Shown in pieces: positions 14,619 through 29,231 of a stretch of 64,000 nucleotides of DNA. The stretch spans positions 33,353,648 through 33,417,647 of the forward strand of contig NC_092673.1 of the NCBI RefSeq assembly GCF_964355755.1. The letters run 5' to 3'. Under the pieces are notes generated by a model. It searched no databases. It had not been told where the DNA came from and saw nothing but the letters and a program-made list of their open reading frames with translations. Positions within the stretch are counted from its first letter, which is position 1. Each line of letters begins with the position of its first letter. Position numbers and translations under genes: made by a program. This DNA is from Antedon mediterranea (taxonomy: Eukaryota; Animalia; Echinodermata).

Positions 14619-16120
14619 TTAATAGAGGTGTCCCCTGAATAAGGGCTTGGTCGTAGTAGGCTATACTGTATATTTCCTCTCGTTGGATTCACAGGAAAGT
14701 TTCCCCATAAATAGGGGTGTAACCTGGATGAAGGTGTACCAAATACGGAGGTTGTAGGCCTACTGTAGTTGAATACAGCGTAATCTATTTTTAGAACATA
14801 CGATTATCATTTATCTAATATCTCATTAAGGCTATCGTTAATGTATTACCGTAGTTGGCGGTGTTGATAATTTTTGAACTGATTCTTCCACGCCCATATT
14901 TAATTATAATTTTGAACATTACTTCCTGAAAGAGTGGGTTGAACAAAAACAAGAGTGTGGATTTACGAAAAGAGTCTAAAAGGGGCGTAGAACTGATCGT
15001 GTCGCAGCCACAGATACACCCTTTGACGCCATATAGAAATGATCTGGTCTTTTTGATTTCTCTTTCTTAAATGACTTTATACGAAATCTCCTGAACCGTC
15101 TTTCGTCAGGATTAATAAAATAGGCCTATATGAACATAAACTATATGTATTACTCAGGCTCTTAGTAATAAAATACCCGCCAATATATATCATCATTTAT
15201 TATCTTTACCATAGCTTTGGTTGTGGGCCCATCATTTTCTGGAGTAAGCCTAGGCCTAATTCGTTTACTGTGTGTTTTTTCCCTCTGAATGGGAGTTAAT
15301 GTCTTTTTTGGGCAAATTACGAGCTGTAACACTTTCAAATTATTTATTCTTAAAGAAATAGCTCATTCTTGAAATATTATGCGCAATCGATTTTAAAAAG
15401 TATCGTCGTATTAAATAGGTAATAGGCAGCTAAGGAAAAATATCGTCTGCTAGGCACGTGACGTATATTCGCATGCGCAGATTGCAAGTGAGATGATTGT
15501 TGAGAATGAATGAAGACAGTAATTATTTTTATGAATATATTTACAATATTTTCGTCGACATAAAATATGAATACGTACACTGGACTGGTTAAAAGAATAA
15601 GATCTCCATCTCTTTTTCAGAATAGGTTTGATTATTGGGACAGGATTACGCATTCACAAAGTTTTTGACCCATTTTCACTAGGTCCAATCAATAATACCT
15701 GGTAATTTAATTCATAATTGGGACTGCTATGTTTCTTAATTATCATTATTTCATTCAATAATTCATGTTTTCATTTTAAGTAAAGCCACCGTGAGTTAGG
15801 TGTGGTTAGGAAAGTTCTAGAGCGTGTTAACCTCTCTCAGTCAAGAGGGCGTTGTTCAGTCCAGACGGTCCCAGCAAGTTCATAAACGCGCCACATTTTG
15901 TGATGATGTGAGTCACAGCTCGCGTTTGAAGAAGAGGCTACGGTTTGTGTCAGACCAAAGTATACAGTAGGATGAAAACTTGATACTCTTCGCGACGCAC
16001 GGTGTCTGCAAGCGGCGTGAAACAGATCGTTTCGCAGTCACAGCCCTTTGATCTCCGGAGCTCAGCATCCTGTTGTTCGATTGCCATGGTTAGGCCTATA
16101 GGCCTACTGCATGCCGTTTA

Positions 16121-16299
16121 AGCGTGGTTCCCACTAGCGACGCAACGCAAGGACGTAACGCAACGCAAGTGAATTGACCAATCACAAGCGATGGCTTATT
16201 CGCTTGTGATTGCTAACTGTCTATAACTTCACTTGTCATTGGTTAAAACGCTTGCGTTGCGTTTACGTCCTTGCGTTACGCTATAGTGGGAACCAAGCT
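16121..16299. mobile_element. MITE family A (opposite orientation to the 14421 copy)
   Basis: agcgtggttcccacta...tagtgggaaccaagct in TTAA context; body nearly identical to 40252-40426. Confidence 0.88.
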
Positions 16300-16845
16300 T
16301 AATGGTCGCTAGACATGATACCGCTCATTTATCGGGTGATATTGCCATACAACATCTATTTAAACAATAAAAACTTTACTGTTTTCAACAATCAAATTCT
16401 AATCAAATTAATTCATCTTAAGAAGTTTCCGCCGATGCCTGAAAATTTGCTTATAAATTAATTCGGTTATAAATCAAAGTTAATTAGCATATAAATAGAA
16501 AATAAAGAGTGAGTTTTAATTACTTCAATCTTGAATAATGGTAAGTTAACAACATTCAGCTCTGGTTTGACTTTTTAGATTTGCCTACAGCGTCAGATCT
16601 AATTTAATTCGACAAAGATAAAACCGGCATAAAAAGAAAAATAAAACTCAGTAAACTATATAGATGCATTATGGTTGCCATGGACACCAACTGTTGATAA
16701 TAAGGACAGCAACGTCATAATCCGTAACATAGTTACAGCATCAGTAATTTGAATTTAGATAATTCCAAAGATTCTCTGATAAAATTTCAATTTTTCAGTT
16801 TTACGTACCAAAATAACAATGGTATAGGCCTACTGTAGGGTTATT

Positions 16846-17282
16846 GTGTTTCAAAAAGCCGTTATTTAACGGTAAGCCAAGGCCGATGTGTTTTCAGTAA
16901 GCCTACTATATTTGAAAAGCGGCGTGTTTTTTTTAAAGTTATGCTATATTTCTTTAAAAATCGGTATTTTTTCTGAAAAAAAATATACAGTAGGCCTATA
17001 GTCTATTTTATATCTTTCTAAAAAAAGGGTAGTCTATATGTTTCTTTCAAAAAGGTAATGTATGTTTCTTTAACAAATGTATAGATCTATGTTTCTGAAA
17101 AAAGGTAGTCTACAGCATGTTTCTAAAAGTCACGGCATGTTTCTGAAATCCGGTAAGTACTAAAGGCCGACATGTTTCTTAAAACCAATATGTAATTTTC
17201 TAAAAACCGCTGTGCCATATTCTTTAATAACCGGTATGTTTGCACCGGTATTTCTTTAAACCGGCATCCATATTCCAAAACA
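16846..17282. repeat. Degenerate ~20-25 bp minisatellite (atgtttctnnaaaaancggt-like)
   Basis: Recurrent tgtttct + A-run + ggt/cgg motif over about 430 bp. Confidence 0.6.
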
Positions 17283-17959
17283 ACCGACAGGGGATTACCC
17301 TTTCGCTGTGTTCTTAATGTCGACCAAACCCATCCAATTACTGTTTCCTTTTAATTATCAACGGTTTCCAGGCAACGACCAATTATCGAGCAACTAACAT
17401 TTTGCATCAATAAACTATATACTGTAGGCCTACCTATGAAACGCCGTAAGCGCAAACATTGTTAGCAAAGCAACGATGAAGTCGATTGACCGTCTAGACT
17501 CGTAATGTTTTGCAATTATCAACTTGTGTTTAAACATTGGTGTTAATTTGACTCGCCATAGACAAGTGAATTATTGACTGACTAGTTTCCCGACTAAATG
17601 CAATTTCGAACAAGTAATTGACATGACTAGAGTACGAACGGAGCCAGTGGTCAATTTCCTTACCGTTTTGCATAATGTATCTTACTTATCAAATTGTAAT
17701 TGCATACTGTATATTATTGTATACCCTTAATTTATAAATAATCTAACTTATGCACAAAACGAAACTTTGTTCTAAACCTTCTGATAAAACCACACGACTG
17801 ATACTTGCATCGATAAAATTGTTTTGTTAAAATGTATTTTTAACTCAAAAGCTGCGTCGTTCGGTTATTCTTGGCCATTTTCTCTACGTCACAATAGGGT
17901 CAAAGAAGGGTCATCGCGAATCACCAACTACGGTGTCCGTCTAATAGACCACGGGAAAC

Positions 17960-18287
17960 GGCTAGTTGCCTGTATATCTACGTATTACAGGCTAGTTGCC
18001 TGTATATCTACGTATTACAGACTAGTTGCCTGTATATCTACGTATTACAGGCTAGTTGCCTGTATATCTACGTATTACAGGCTAGTTGCCTGTATATCTA
18101 CGTATTACAGGCTAGTTGCCTGTATATCTACGTATTACAGGCTAGTTGCCTGTATATCTACGTATTACAGACTAGTTGCCTGTATATCTATGTATTACAG
18201 GCTAGTTGCCTGTATATCTACGTATTACAGGCTAGTTGCCTGTATATCTACGTATTACAGGCTAGTTGCCTGTATATCTACGTATTA
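17960..18287. repeat. 30-bp minisatellite (GGCTAGTTGCCTGTATATCTACGTATTACA) x~11
   Basis: Near-identical tandem units; source of the spurious RLVACISTYY ORF. Confidence 0.97.
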
Positions 18288-19176
18288 TTGACGGACAGGA
18301 AACCACTAGTTGTATTTCTAATTCTAAAAATGAATTTTTTTTTAAATAATTATTTAGTGAACAGGATTTCATACCGCAGTTCTGCCATCGTGCACGTTTT
18401 CCTGCCGCCCGCCTGCAATGCGCTTTCCGCCGTAACCCATATGCGCTGTGAATCACTTAAATATGATCTTGACGATAATTTTTAAAGAAAATCAATAACA
18501 TAAATTGTGACTGTATGCTACTTTTAATGCAATGTGATTAGCAGCGAGGACATTTTCGATATTGTTGCTTTCAGAAGACGCGATGCAAGTTGTTTATCTT
18601 CACTAGAATAGGATGAATTACAATAATAATATGCATTCATAATATCGTCGTATATTGCGATGGACACGCATTAACAATGAGAGTCTAATAGTATACTGTA
18701 TACAACGGACTGAGTAACGCCTTAATTCAGCATTAACATTAAAGAAAACTGAACATTTAAATTGTTACTCTTCATTGCGTACCGTACCGGTATATAAATT
18801 CAAAATATATTATTATGGAACATACGTTTTCTTCCTGCCTGCTTTGAAATATTTTTTTTCTTTGCGCATATTTGTCATAATTTATTCGCAGTACAACTGC
18901 GAGTCTACATTAAACAGCGTATTTATTCTTAAAATCACTATCCGCATCAATGATAATGACGTATTGACATTGGTAACTATAGGTAACCGTAATTTTCTTG
19001 TACAAATAATGTTAAACCATATACTTCGTATCAAATCATGTCTGTGGAGCGCATAATATACTGTTGTCACATATCATTAAAATCTTCAAGAATTATGCTT
19101 TCGTGCGCTGCTTGTTTTCATCAATTATTAACGATAACAAAAAATGGCGGTAAATAAAAATATAGTTTGGACTTAC

Positions 19177-19414
19177 TCAAGCAGTCTGCGCTCCCTGCGC
19201 TGTATTTGTTCCTTTGTTAGTTTGCCTCCTTGTTTTTCTTTCCATTCTGTAACTGTTTTCGAAGCTAACTCTACCTCAGGTTCATATGCAACGTTGATTA
19301 CTCCACCGTTTGCCTCAGCCTCGTTGTAATTGGAGACCGAGGCATTACTGGACCTGCGCACTCGTGGCGCCACGTTCAACATGGCGACACGGCCGCCAAT
19401 CGCACCTGCCGCGG
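19177..19414 (-). CDS. Upstream N-terminal exon of the Cav2-type channel
   Basis: Acceptor ttttttttcag, donor GA|GTAAGT; open frame AAAGAIGGRVAMLNVAPR...QRRERRLLE. The phase-2 end (GA) plus the single A before ATG at 2045 gives GAA, in frame with the 1827-2045 exon. Confidence 0.7.
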
Positions 19415-20463
19415 CTGAAAAAAAAGGGGAAAACATAAACATATATATATATAATTTCAACATACATTAATCAATAGTAAGTCTTATATAAAAAATGTTA
19501 ACAAAATAATTTATGTAATGATTATAATTATGATGATGATGATTTATCGAAATATAAATAGGTCTATAAAACTAGGCCTAATTCTTGAGTGATATTTAAA
19601 GTATGGTTTTATTAAATTTTTGTTCAAGATATAAAATATAAGATAAAAGGAAACAATGCATAACTGTCATTCCATAGATTGGAGGAAAAAATCTACAGTA
19701 GAGCCTCTTTACCAAAGTACTCAGCAAAGTGTTCCCTCAAAAGGAGTGTGGTGGGCCTACTGTACGAAGTGCTATCTCAAAAGGAGTGTGGTAGGCCTAC
19801 TGTACGAAGTGCTATCTCGGAGGATCCCAGCACATCCGATTGCAGTGTCACTAAATACAGTTTAACTAACTATCGCAAGTCATTGAAATATACTGTCTGT
19901 ATTACAGGTTCTTTCTGCAGCTAAGGTATAATGTAATGTAAACCCAGTGAAAGCAGGTATAACATGTATTAAAAGTATTTAATCCATATAGGCCTAGCTA
20001 CATTTCCTGTGTCACCAACTAGGGTGAGTGCATGTTTTTTTTTTTACTTGATTTTGAAAATGGTTCCATGATAGTTCTCTGTCATTACATTTTGTATTGA
20101 AAATATACAGTAAACGTTTTTTTAATTTGTACCTAGACTTGTACCTCAATGACTTGCGACAGTCAGTTAAGATGTATCGAAGTGACAGTTCCAGAATCGG
20201 GTGCCCAACCATTGTATATACGATAATACAAATAATTGTATTTATTAGGCAAGTATTTGGGAGCAAAAATAGGCATTAGCCAATCAGAATAACTACTCAC
20301 TGTGCTCCATCACCACTCTCCCTCCTTACTTTACATTTTAATACGTCATTGGAAACTACCATTAGTTTAATTATAAATAAAATCATATATTTTTTATTTT
20401 ATTTATTTATTTTATTTAATCGAAACCAACAGAGATAATACCGCCACTAACAGGTTCGATAAA

Positions 20464-20623
20464 AACAAAGCCAGGATTGTTTCAAGCACCTTGATTGGTC
20501 CTAACAAAGCCAGGATTGTTTCAAGCACCTTGATTGGTCCTAACAAAGCCAGGATTGTTTCAAGCACCTTGATTGGTCCTAACAAAGCCAGGATTGTTTC
20601 AAGCACCTTGATTGCTCCTAACA
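20464..20623. repeat. 39-bp minisatellite x4
   Basis: AACAAAGCCAGGATTGTTTCAAGCACCTTGATTGGTCCT tandem copies. Confidence 0.95.
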
Positions 20624-22631
20624 TTGATCAAGGGCTTCTCTCGTCTATTTGATACCCAATGTAACATCAATTCTAATTCTAGAGAATCTGTGATGACACG
20701 TGCGCAAAGTGTTATATCTATCGTATGTGCGGTTTTCGAGCCATTTCTAAAAAATGTTTTGATTTTGTTGTGCATGATTCATATACATAACGGTCTTCGT
20801 GTATTATTAAATAGCTCCCTCTATACTGTAGATTAAGTGTATTAAGCTAAAGTACCATACATGCAGATGAAGGTTAAGAATATAAAATAAATGTTTTAGT
20901 GTGGAGATAATAATAAAATTATACAAAACAATGAACTAATGGATCTTATATTAGCTTAGGCCTAAATCTATAATTACCGAGTAATAAGTAGAAATTTGTT
21001 TTCAGATAGGCCTATGCGCTTATAGTACATTCGTGTATGCTGTATACCGTATATATATGCACAAGTAGTATACTAGTATTAGGCCCAGTAGGTTATGTCT
21101 GCGCGCAAAACAAAAGTTCGAGAGTGCATGAAATCTAAATAAAATTAAATAAGATAGATAAAACAATTGTTAATAAAACTACTATTATTTTTAAGAAATT
21201 GATATTGATTAGCTACTACTGTAGTAAAAGCATGGAGGTAAAAAATAATTTATTTTTTACCTCCATGGTAAAAGTATCGAACAGTTTCATATTATGTTTT
21301 CGCTGTGGACAGTCATTATTGATTATGTTGTTTACTCCCGTCGCAAGATGGCTCACTACTAGATTTTCAATGTATCATTACTCCTATTTCAATCAAAATG
21401 ATATCGGAGATTTTCTACGGGTAATTTAAATAACCAGACTAGTCGTATAAATGTTTAATGATTATCATGTTTTCTTTGACATTACAACTTGCATTTAATA
21501 TATGACATAGTTGAATTATAGCGTGGTATTTATTTACCATAGTTAGGCCTCGATTACGGAAGCATAATACGTATAGAATCGAAGATATACACACAGTACG
21601 ATATGCCTAAGATTGAATATTTCATCAGGAGAGGCCCATTATAGGTTTATATGATTAGGCCTCTGGTATTAAAGCTTGTGTTCAGACATGGAGAAATAAG
21701 TTGAGCTAACTTATTTCGCCATGGTGCTGACGACGATGATGATGATGATGTTGATGAGGATGACGTCATATGGCTTACATTTCGATATACTTAATCCCCG
21801 ACCTGATCCGAATGAATATTAAATCATTCTCTTCTAAGCATATATATTGATACTTTTAATAAATTTTACTTACAATTCATATCAATAGGATAATAAAAAT
21901 AAAGGTAATCACTTCCGTAGAATAATAAATGTTTTCACTTATAAACAGACAGAATAAATGGTTACATTCAATCAAAAACCCTTGACTTCTCGTCAATTTG
22001 ACTATTTTATTTTCTTTAAATTAGGCCTACAGTTTTTTCGAGTAGACTAACTTTTTTTTCGATCTAATTTTTTGTAAACGTGAATACTGTAACTAAAATG
22101 TCATATTCAACCGAATCATTTAAAAATGTATATATTTTTTCAGAGAGTACCACAGTATATCTTTAATGATGAATATTAACAAAAAAGAGCCGAAGTTCGC
22201 CGCGGCCGACTCCCTTTACATTGTTAGCTGCACACTTGACACAAACGCGTTTAACTTACACAGTTGAGATACATTCATTTGAGCTTGACGTTTATTGTAC
22301 TAAGGGAACAAATGAAACGATAACATTTCATAATTTCTAGTTTTAGAATTTAAATTGATTTTTACACATTTTGACACAAATCCTGTAGCAAAGCTCGACA
22401 CACCTCATATTGGTCGATAATTCGATATGTGCTTTTATCCGACAATAGGTTTTGTAACTGGACATTTTAAACAGCAAAACAAGTACTGTAGATCTATAGA
22501 AAGTTGCTGCAGCGCATGCGATCGATTCCAACTTTTACATTGCGATGACGCAATTGTTTTGTAGGTTTTAACATGTAGAGGTAGCATATGATGTTCAATC
22601 GCCACTCCATTATCTGTGTATCTCCATACCA

Positions 22632-22831
22632 AGGCCAATTTACACAGACGAGATGAAACGCTAATATAAATATAGAATATATATAAATGTTATTCCTTAT
22701 GATCATTTACAAACAATGCGGAGCCACGGACGACGGGAGGTTTCCGCTCACGATAAAATAGACAGATTCTATGTGGGACAAGCTACGCGGTTTTCCTAAT
22801 TTCGTTACCGCTCGTCTGTGTAAATTTCCCT
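22632..22831. mobile_element. MITE family C
   Basis: aggccaatttacacagacgag...ctcgtctgtgtaaatttccct TIRs; interior similar to the 7239 copy. Confidence 0.7.
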
Positions 22832-24174
22832 TTACAGTATGTTTTCCAGTATCAGGATAAATCCCGTAATAAATCATCTCATTTGTATCACATGTGTTGC
22901 CTGTATCATGTAATGGTTATAAGGATATGGTTTATAATACTAGGCGATGAATGTGAAACACAAGCGATCGCAAATCAAGGAAACGTTTGTTATTTATAGA
23001 TTTCAATTTCTGAATATTATATCCTAGATTGTAGTCTAATAAAAGTCCGTTCTTTAAATGTGTTTAGCTACTGTAAGCAAACCAATTATTGGGTAATATT
23101 GCATTTTAAAATATATTACCATATCTCTACTTTAACTTCTATTTAATTATCAATCATTATTATTAATGAATGAGATTGGCCTGCAATAAAACCGACCGAT
23201 TGAATACTTCAGTATAATAGCAAAAACACTATTCTATACTATAGTGGGCGCAGCCGAGTGGAAATAATAATTTTGGAGGCAGTTTTTATGGCACTAGCTG
23301 TATCTAATCTATCTGTTTAGGCAAATTATGTAATATTCAAATCCACGTTTCGCGGTACATCTGAGATAGATCAGATAGGTATCCAAGGCGGAGATTTTGT
23401 CCCGAGGTTTTTCCATTGTGCTCGCCTATGTTAAAATTAACCATAATTTATTTATATATAGATGCAGTGTCACATTAGGTATAATGTGAATTGGATGGAT
23501 TTATTTTGATTGAAAGTAAAAAAATGAATAGGCCTACTACATTTTATGCATTCATTTGATTTTATGGAATTTTGAAAAATAGAGTTGGTTAAATCACGGG
23601 GTAATAGTTACGTCATGGTTATTGATTGTTACCATGGAGGAATCGGTTTGTACAAGCCTCACATGTTACACACATGTGAGGCTGTATCAAGGAAGGTCTA
23701 TGATACTGTACAGTATATGAAAATCCCTAGACCCGATTAAACTATAAAAGGACAATGTAACTATTTATGTGTATGTAATTTGTTCATATTGTTTTTCCTT
23801 TTATATTTTATGCTAACATTGTCATGTATGGTGAACTGAATTGTGAAAGTCAGTAAATGAATTGTATACAAAAATCATTATGCAAATTACAACACCGTCA
23901 AGACACCGACACAAACCAATAAAATACCGGTAATGAATAAATTAAACATTAATATATTATATAATAACTGAATGATTTATTCACTAAGATGTATAATATG
24001 TGTATTGATTTTGCATTTGATGAATTAAGTAATTTACAAAAGATGCAGATTGCTGCATGCTCTAACAAAGCTAGTCTAGAAACATCGACACATGTTACAA
24101 ACATTTACATTTATCATGTAAAAGAATAATATACATATAGAATCAATATTCACCAAAACAAAGAGTCTTCATTT

Positions 24175-24285
24175 GGGGGAAACCCCTATTACGGAGACAT
24201 CACTATTCAGGGGTGAAACCCCTATTACGGAGACAGCACTATTCAGGGGGGAAACCCCTATTACGGAGACATCACTATTCAGGGG
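24175..24285. repeat. ~36-bp tandem repeat x3
   Basis: aaacccctattacggagaca(t/g)cactattcagggg units. Confidence 0.9.
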
Positions 24286-25491
24286 ACGGTACTATTCAGT
24301 ACGTACATACGGGATACTTTCCAGTAAAGCAACCTAAGAAAATACATGGACTGTACACATTTGATAACACAGTAACTCGCTATTTGGGGGACACTCCTCC
24401 TAATTAATTACAGATTCGGCTCCAATGAAAAACCATATAAAGTATACTGTAATACAGTTTCATTTATTTATAAATGTCTCCCCTAATTAAAACAGGTATG
24501 AAAAAACACTGCATACAGTATGAGGTATTCTACTAGACTGCCAAAAAATTGGAATTTGGTTTAATGGAATCTTACTTATTAAATGGAGTATAATAATCGT
24601 ATGAAACCGTGAATCAGAGCAGGTAGGGCAAAACGTTATGTTATAATGACCTCTGTGACATAGGATTGTTAATAGAAGAAACGGTCGACTTTCTAATGGG
24701 TTATAATTAGCAGTCTCTTATAAGTCTAATTGATTGGTTTCAGCCTTTCTTAAGCCTAGCACCAAATAATGCCAGGCAGAGTATATAGTATTCATTACAA
24801 CGTAGATTACGATATAGGTAATAACAATTTTACCAGTATTATATTGAAATGAAATATATTTTTACTTCAGCGAAGATCAATTACGAGTTAGACATTGAAA
24901 ATTGCCGATTAAATTTCAAGATTTTTTTTCCATGATTTTAATCAATACATACATTCTTCTTTTATACATTTATAATATCTTAACCTGTCTAACCAACCAC
25001 ACAGCAGCGTTCGATGCAGCATGCCTTTATAATCAATATAATGTTTGAAAAAAAAACATATTTGGATGCGGCGGAACATCCGGAACTCTCGCTTGTGATT
25101 GGTCTAAAGTGGCCTGCTTGTGGTGTACGGTACTACATAGAAACGAAGTTTAAGAAATGTAGTCATCTAAGACGGGTGAGTTAGTTACATTGTGTATCGA
25201 CTCTTGATGTCGACTTAGCAGGACATTTCAGTTTCAAGAGTCATGAGACTCATAGTACCGTAGCTGTCTAGTCGAACAGTCATTCTGCTCACGCTTACCA
25301 ATGAACGTCCGCAGACTAACTGAAGGTATTGGACTCGATAGTTGCATAGCCGGCCGTGTGATGAGTTGTGAACGCGATAGTCGGTAAATGAAATATAGGC
25401 CACTTGCCGCTGTATAGTAATAATACAAATTGCTGTTTGTAAAGCATGGTTCGCACTACAGATGCAATGCAAGGACGTAAGCCCAACGTTA

Positions 25492-25826
25492 AGCTTGGTT
25501 TGGTCACTATGAGACTCAACGCAAGCGAGTTGACTAATCACACGCGACTTTTCGAATAATCCATTGCTTGTGATTTGTCAAATCACTTTGCGTTGCGTCT
25601 TCGTGCTTGCGTTGCGTCTCTAGTGGGAATAAAGCTTAAGTGATTTGACTAATCACAGCGATGGATTATTCGAAGTTTCGTTTTGTGATTGGTCAACTTG
25701 CTTGCGTTGCGTCTACGTCCTTGCGTTGCGTCTACGTCCTTGCGTTGCGTCTACGTCCTTGCGTTGCGTCTACGTCCTTGCGTTGCGTCTACGTCCTTGC
25801 GTTGCGTCTTTAGTGGGAACCAAGCT
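25492..25826. mobile_element. Two adjacent family-A-related MITE pieces; the second has a 19-bp tandem expansion
   Basis: 25492-25636 is bounded by degenerate TIRs; 25640-25826 ends in tagtgggaaccaagct and contains (ttgcgttgcgtctacgtcc) x~5.5. Confidence 0.75.
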
Positions 25827-28800
25827 TTGTACACATGTATTTGTTGGAGGCGGCGAACAGAAATAAATCAAGTTAATACGGAATGAAAATAGAAACCAAA
25901 CAGTATATATTATAGTAATGGCATGCTTCGATAGGATCTGTACACATGTGTAAAGTGCCATTTTAATCTATTTTGTTGTTTTAAGAAACGTGCATTTATT
26001 TATTTAAATGTATAATATAAAACAGTGTACATACCACCTCCAGCCGGGTCTTTATTTGTCGGTAAACCTTACGTAATTCCAAACGTTAACTTTTTCCTTC
26101 ACTTTGAATCCGATTATTTGCTTAATATTATTATCATACATATCTCAATTTAGTTTAGTAATAATATAGTATTGATTGGTACGTATAGACAAGATAAATA
26201 AATATTGTAATAGCACAGCATAAAAACAGATAAAAATAGAGTAATTTAATAAATGACGTCATCGTCTAAAGAAAATATGGTAGTCTCCGATATTATTGTA
26301 TAGAGTATTTACTAATTATCTTATTTATAAAAAATGCAATATGCATGTATATTGTGAATCTCATCGGATACTACTGTGCAATACTGTGTGTACAATTCTC
26401 GGTTACTGTATCTATAATGTGTCCAGTATCATAGGCAAGTTATATGATACCGCATCATATATGGATCCCATGTTAAGCATGTAAGCGGTGTGCAAATAAA
26501 AACAAAATGCACGTTCTATTTTTTATTTCACCATAATTTCTATTTCACCATAACACTGCATTGGTATGGTATCATATCCTAATTTTCAGCTATTTTATTT
26601 ATTTTTAGTTAAAATTTAATATTAATGTTGTCAATTGGTGGGGGGGGGGGTGGGGGTGTAAAAACATTACAAAAGATAATAAAGGATACACATTTAATCC
26701 GCGCGTTCATCAGTTGATAAAAAACGTGCGATATTTGTACGCGCGCGTCAAATTTAATTTCCACGACGCGCCACGTGATGCGCAGACAGTTAGATTAATG
26801 GTTTTGCACTGAAAGGTCGCTCTCTAATAAGGATGTGGATCTCAAAGATCGCAGCTTTAAAATGGCGTTTTGAATTACAGAATAGTATAAGTCTGCAGAA
26901 GCGGTCAGTTTAGGATACAGCATACATAAGCTGATGGAAATAACACGTTTGGTAATAAAAGGCGCCATACAATAATTTTAGTTCAAACACAAAGTATAAT
27001 TCTTTTGAAACTAAAAACTGAGCCTAATAAAGCGTATCATGTCAGGGAATAAATCCAATGTAAATAGCTACAATAACGACAGAAAAAGCATTTACCCTGG
27101 AGATAAAAGTAAGGGCACATCGCTTAACCTTATTGTAAAAATGTATTCTTTAAATTGGATGGATTGAATAAATTAACATAATATCAAGACGGACGGAATT
27201 CTGTTTAGTAATTGCAGAAACAACAAAATAGAATATGTTCCTTTTCAATAATATGACAAACAATAACGTTATGATAATGATGAAATAATTTATGATAGCT
27301 AAGTGCTTGTAATTTAAGCCGAGATCCTCAGAAAAACCATTCCATTAATACGGGGATATACAGTAACATGGGGTTTCCTCAACCTGCTGTACTGTAGATG
27401 TTTTTAAAACTGAAAATAGGGGTGGGAGAGGAAATAGGGATTGGGAACACACTCACAAGCGTATGTGACTTTGTCTTTTCAATATAGTAGTAGAGTAGGC
27501 CTGTATATAACAATTATAAATTGTCTGAATATACGATTTACGTTATCCTCAAATTTAAGTTTTGCCGGAGTCATGAACCGAACTTAAGACCATTCCTTAA
27601 CCATTTCAACATTGACGAAGATTGTCCCTTATAAACAATATACCTCCATGCTTATAAAAAGGAAGCTGCGTCATACAGTGTTGGATTTTTAAGATTGTAT
27701 TTCAAAAAAGACAATACGGTACACATTTATTCATTGCGTGTAACTACTCTAGAACAATCAATCTGCCATCCGTGGTTTCCTTTTTTTTTATTCCACTATA
27801 GTAATTGGCTACATTGTATAGAGTCATATCATTTTCACTAAAAGTGTGTGCTGTAATAACGTAAAGCATATAATCACTATAAACTTGAGAATTTACCCAA
27901 CATATTGTCTTTCAATGAATACTGTACACTTTTTTGTTCATACACTTATTGGATCATTCGTATTCATTTGTATTACAAATTGGATGCGATTGATATTAAA
28001 TATTATTTAACAAGTTGGATGAATGAAGAATTGCAGCGGTTAAATCAATAAATTGGATCACGTAGATTGACATGACGTGAAATAGAGAAGAAAAGCATGG
28101 GTGGATTCAGAGAGGAAGAAGAGAGGTGGGAAGAAGGCGACTTCTTCCCACCTCTCTTTTCCTTTCTATTTTTAAAAAGAATATAAAATAGAGCTTATAA
28201 AAAAAAAAAAAAAAAAAAAATAGAGCTTTTAGTTTAAGGTACATTGATTAAGGTATATTAACATTAATTCTCAGGTCTCAGCAAGAAAAATAAAGTAAAC
28301 CAGAGCAGAAGAACGACTAAATGAAATAAAAGACGTCCATTATTATTATTCTTATTATTAATATTATTATTATTGGAAGTATTTTGTACTCTCATAATGA
28401 AATGTTTGAGCAATATGGAAATAAACAAACAGTACCCCTCTTTTTATCATCCCATTCGATTATCTGTACTGTACCTCTATATGGCATTATGGTCAGTATC
28501 ATAGGCAATTGCTGTAATACAGCGTCACATATAACATCTGTATTACTGTAAGATGTAACACTGTATCACAGTGAGAATTTGCTTATGATACCTTAGAAAT
28601 TATAGAGAGAATCGACTAATCATCCAAAAGGAATACGTGTTGTAGCAATACAGTATGAAAAAAAAACATTGTAACGTTGAAAATGTTTGTTATGCTTTTT
28701 TATTATTTTTACAACATATGCCCGCAGGCCGATAACCAGAATGTTTCCACACTTAATAAATAAAAAAAACTGACCGTGAAGCATGACTTTAAACGAAGGG

Positions 28801-29075
28801 CTTAGCTCGAATGCTGACAGACAAGACGATGACCCTAAACTGTGTAATTTGGCCGAGTTTATACTAATGTTTTTCCTTCATCAGATAAGTGAACGATTAA
28901 CTACAGAATCAATATATAGTGCGCATTACAGTATATGCAGTACGTAGGAGTAGCGTTGAAGTCAGTAGTAAAGAGAATATTTAACTTGATCCATTTCGAT
29001 CTAACAAAAAAAATGCTGGCTAAAAGAGGAGTCCGCTACAATAAAGATATTAAAAAGAGATTGGTGTCGGATTCA

Positions 29076-29231
29076 GAGCAAACCTACGTCTAGGAGTCCG
29101 AGCAAACCTACGTCTAGGAGTCCGAGCAAACCTACGTCTAGGAGTCCGAGAAAACCTACGTCTAGGAGTCCGAGCAAACCTACGTCTAGGAGTCCGAGCA
29201 AACCTACGTCTAGGAGTCCGAGCAAATCTAC
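29076..29231. repeat. 24-bp minisatellite (GAGCAAACCTACGTCTAGGAGTCC) x~6.5
   Basis: Direct tandem units; source of the spurious RRRFARTP ORF. Confidence 0.95.

Noticed and set aside
17824-18291. 155-aa RLVACISTYY repeat ORF
   Set aside because: Translation of a 30-bp minisatellite in an intron.
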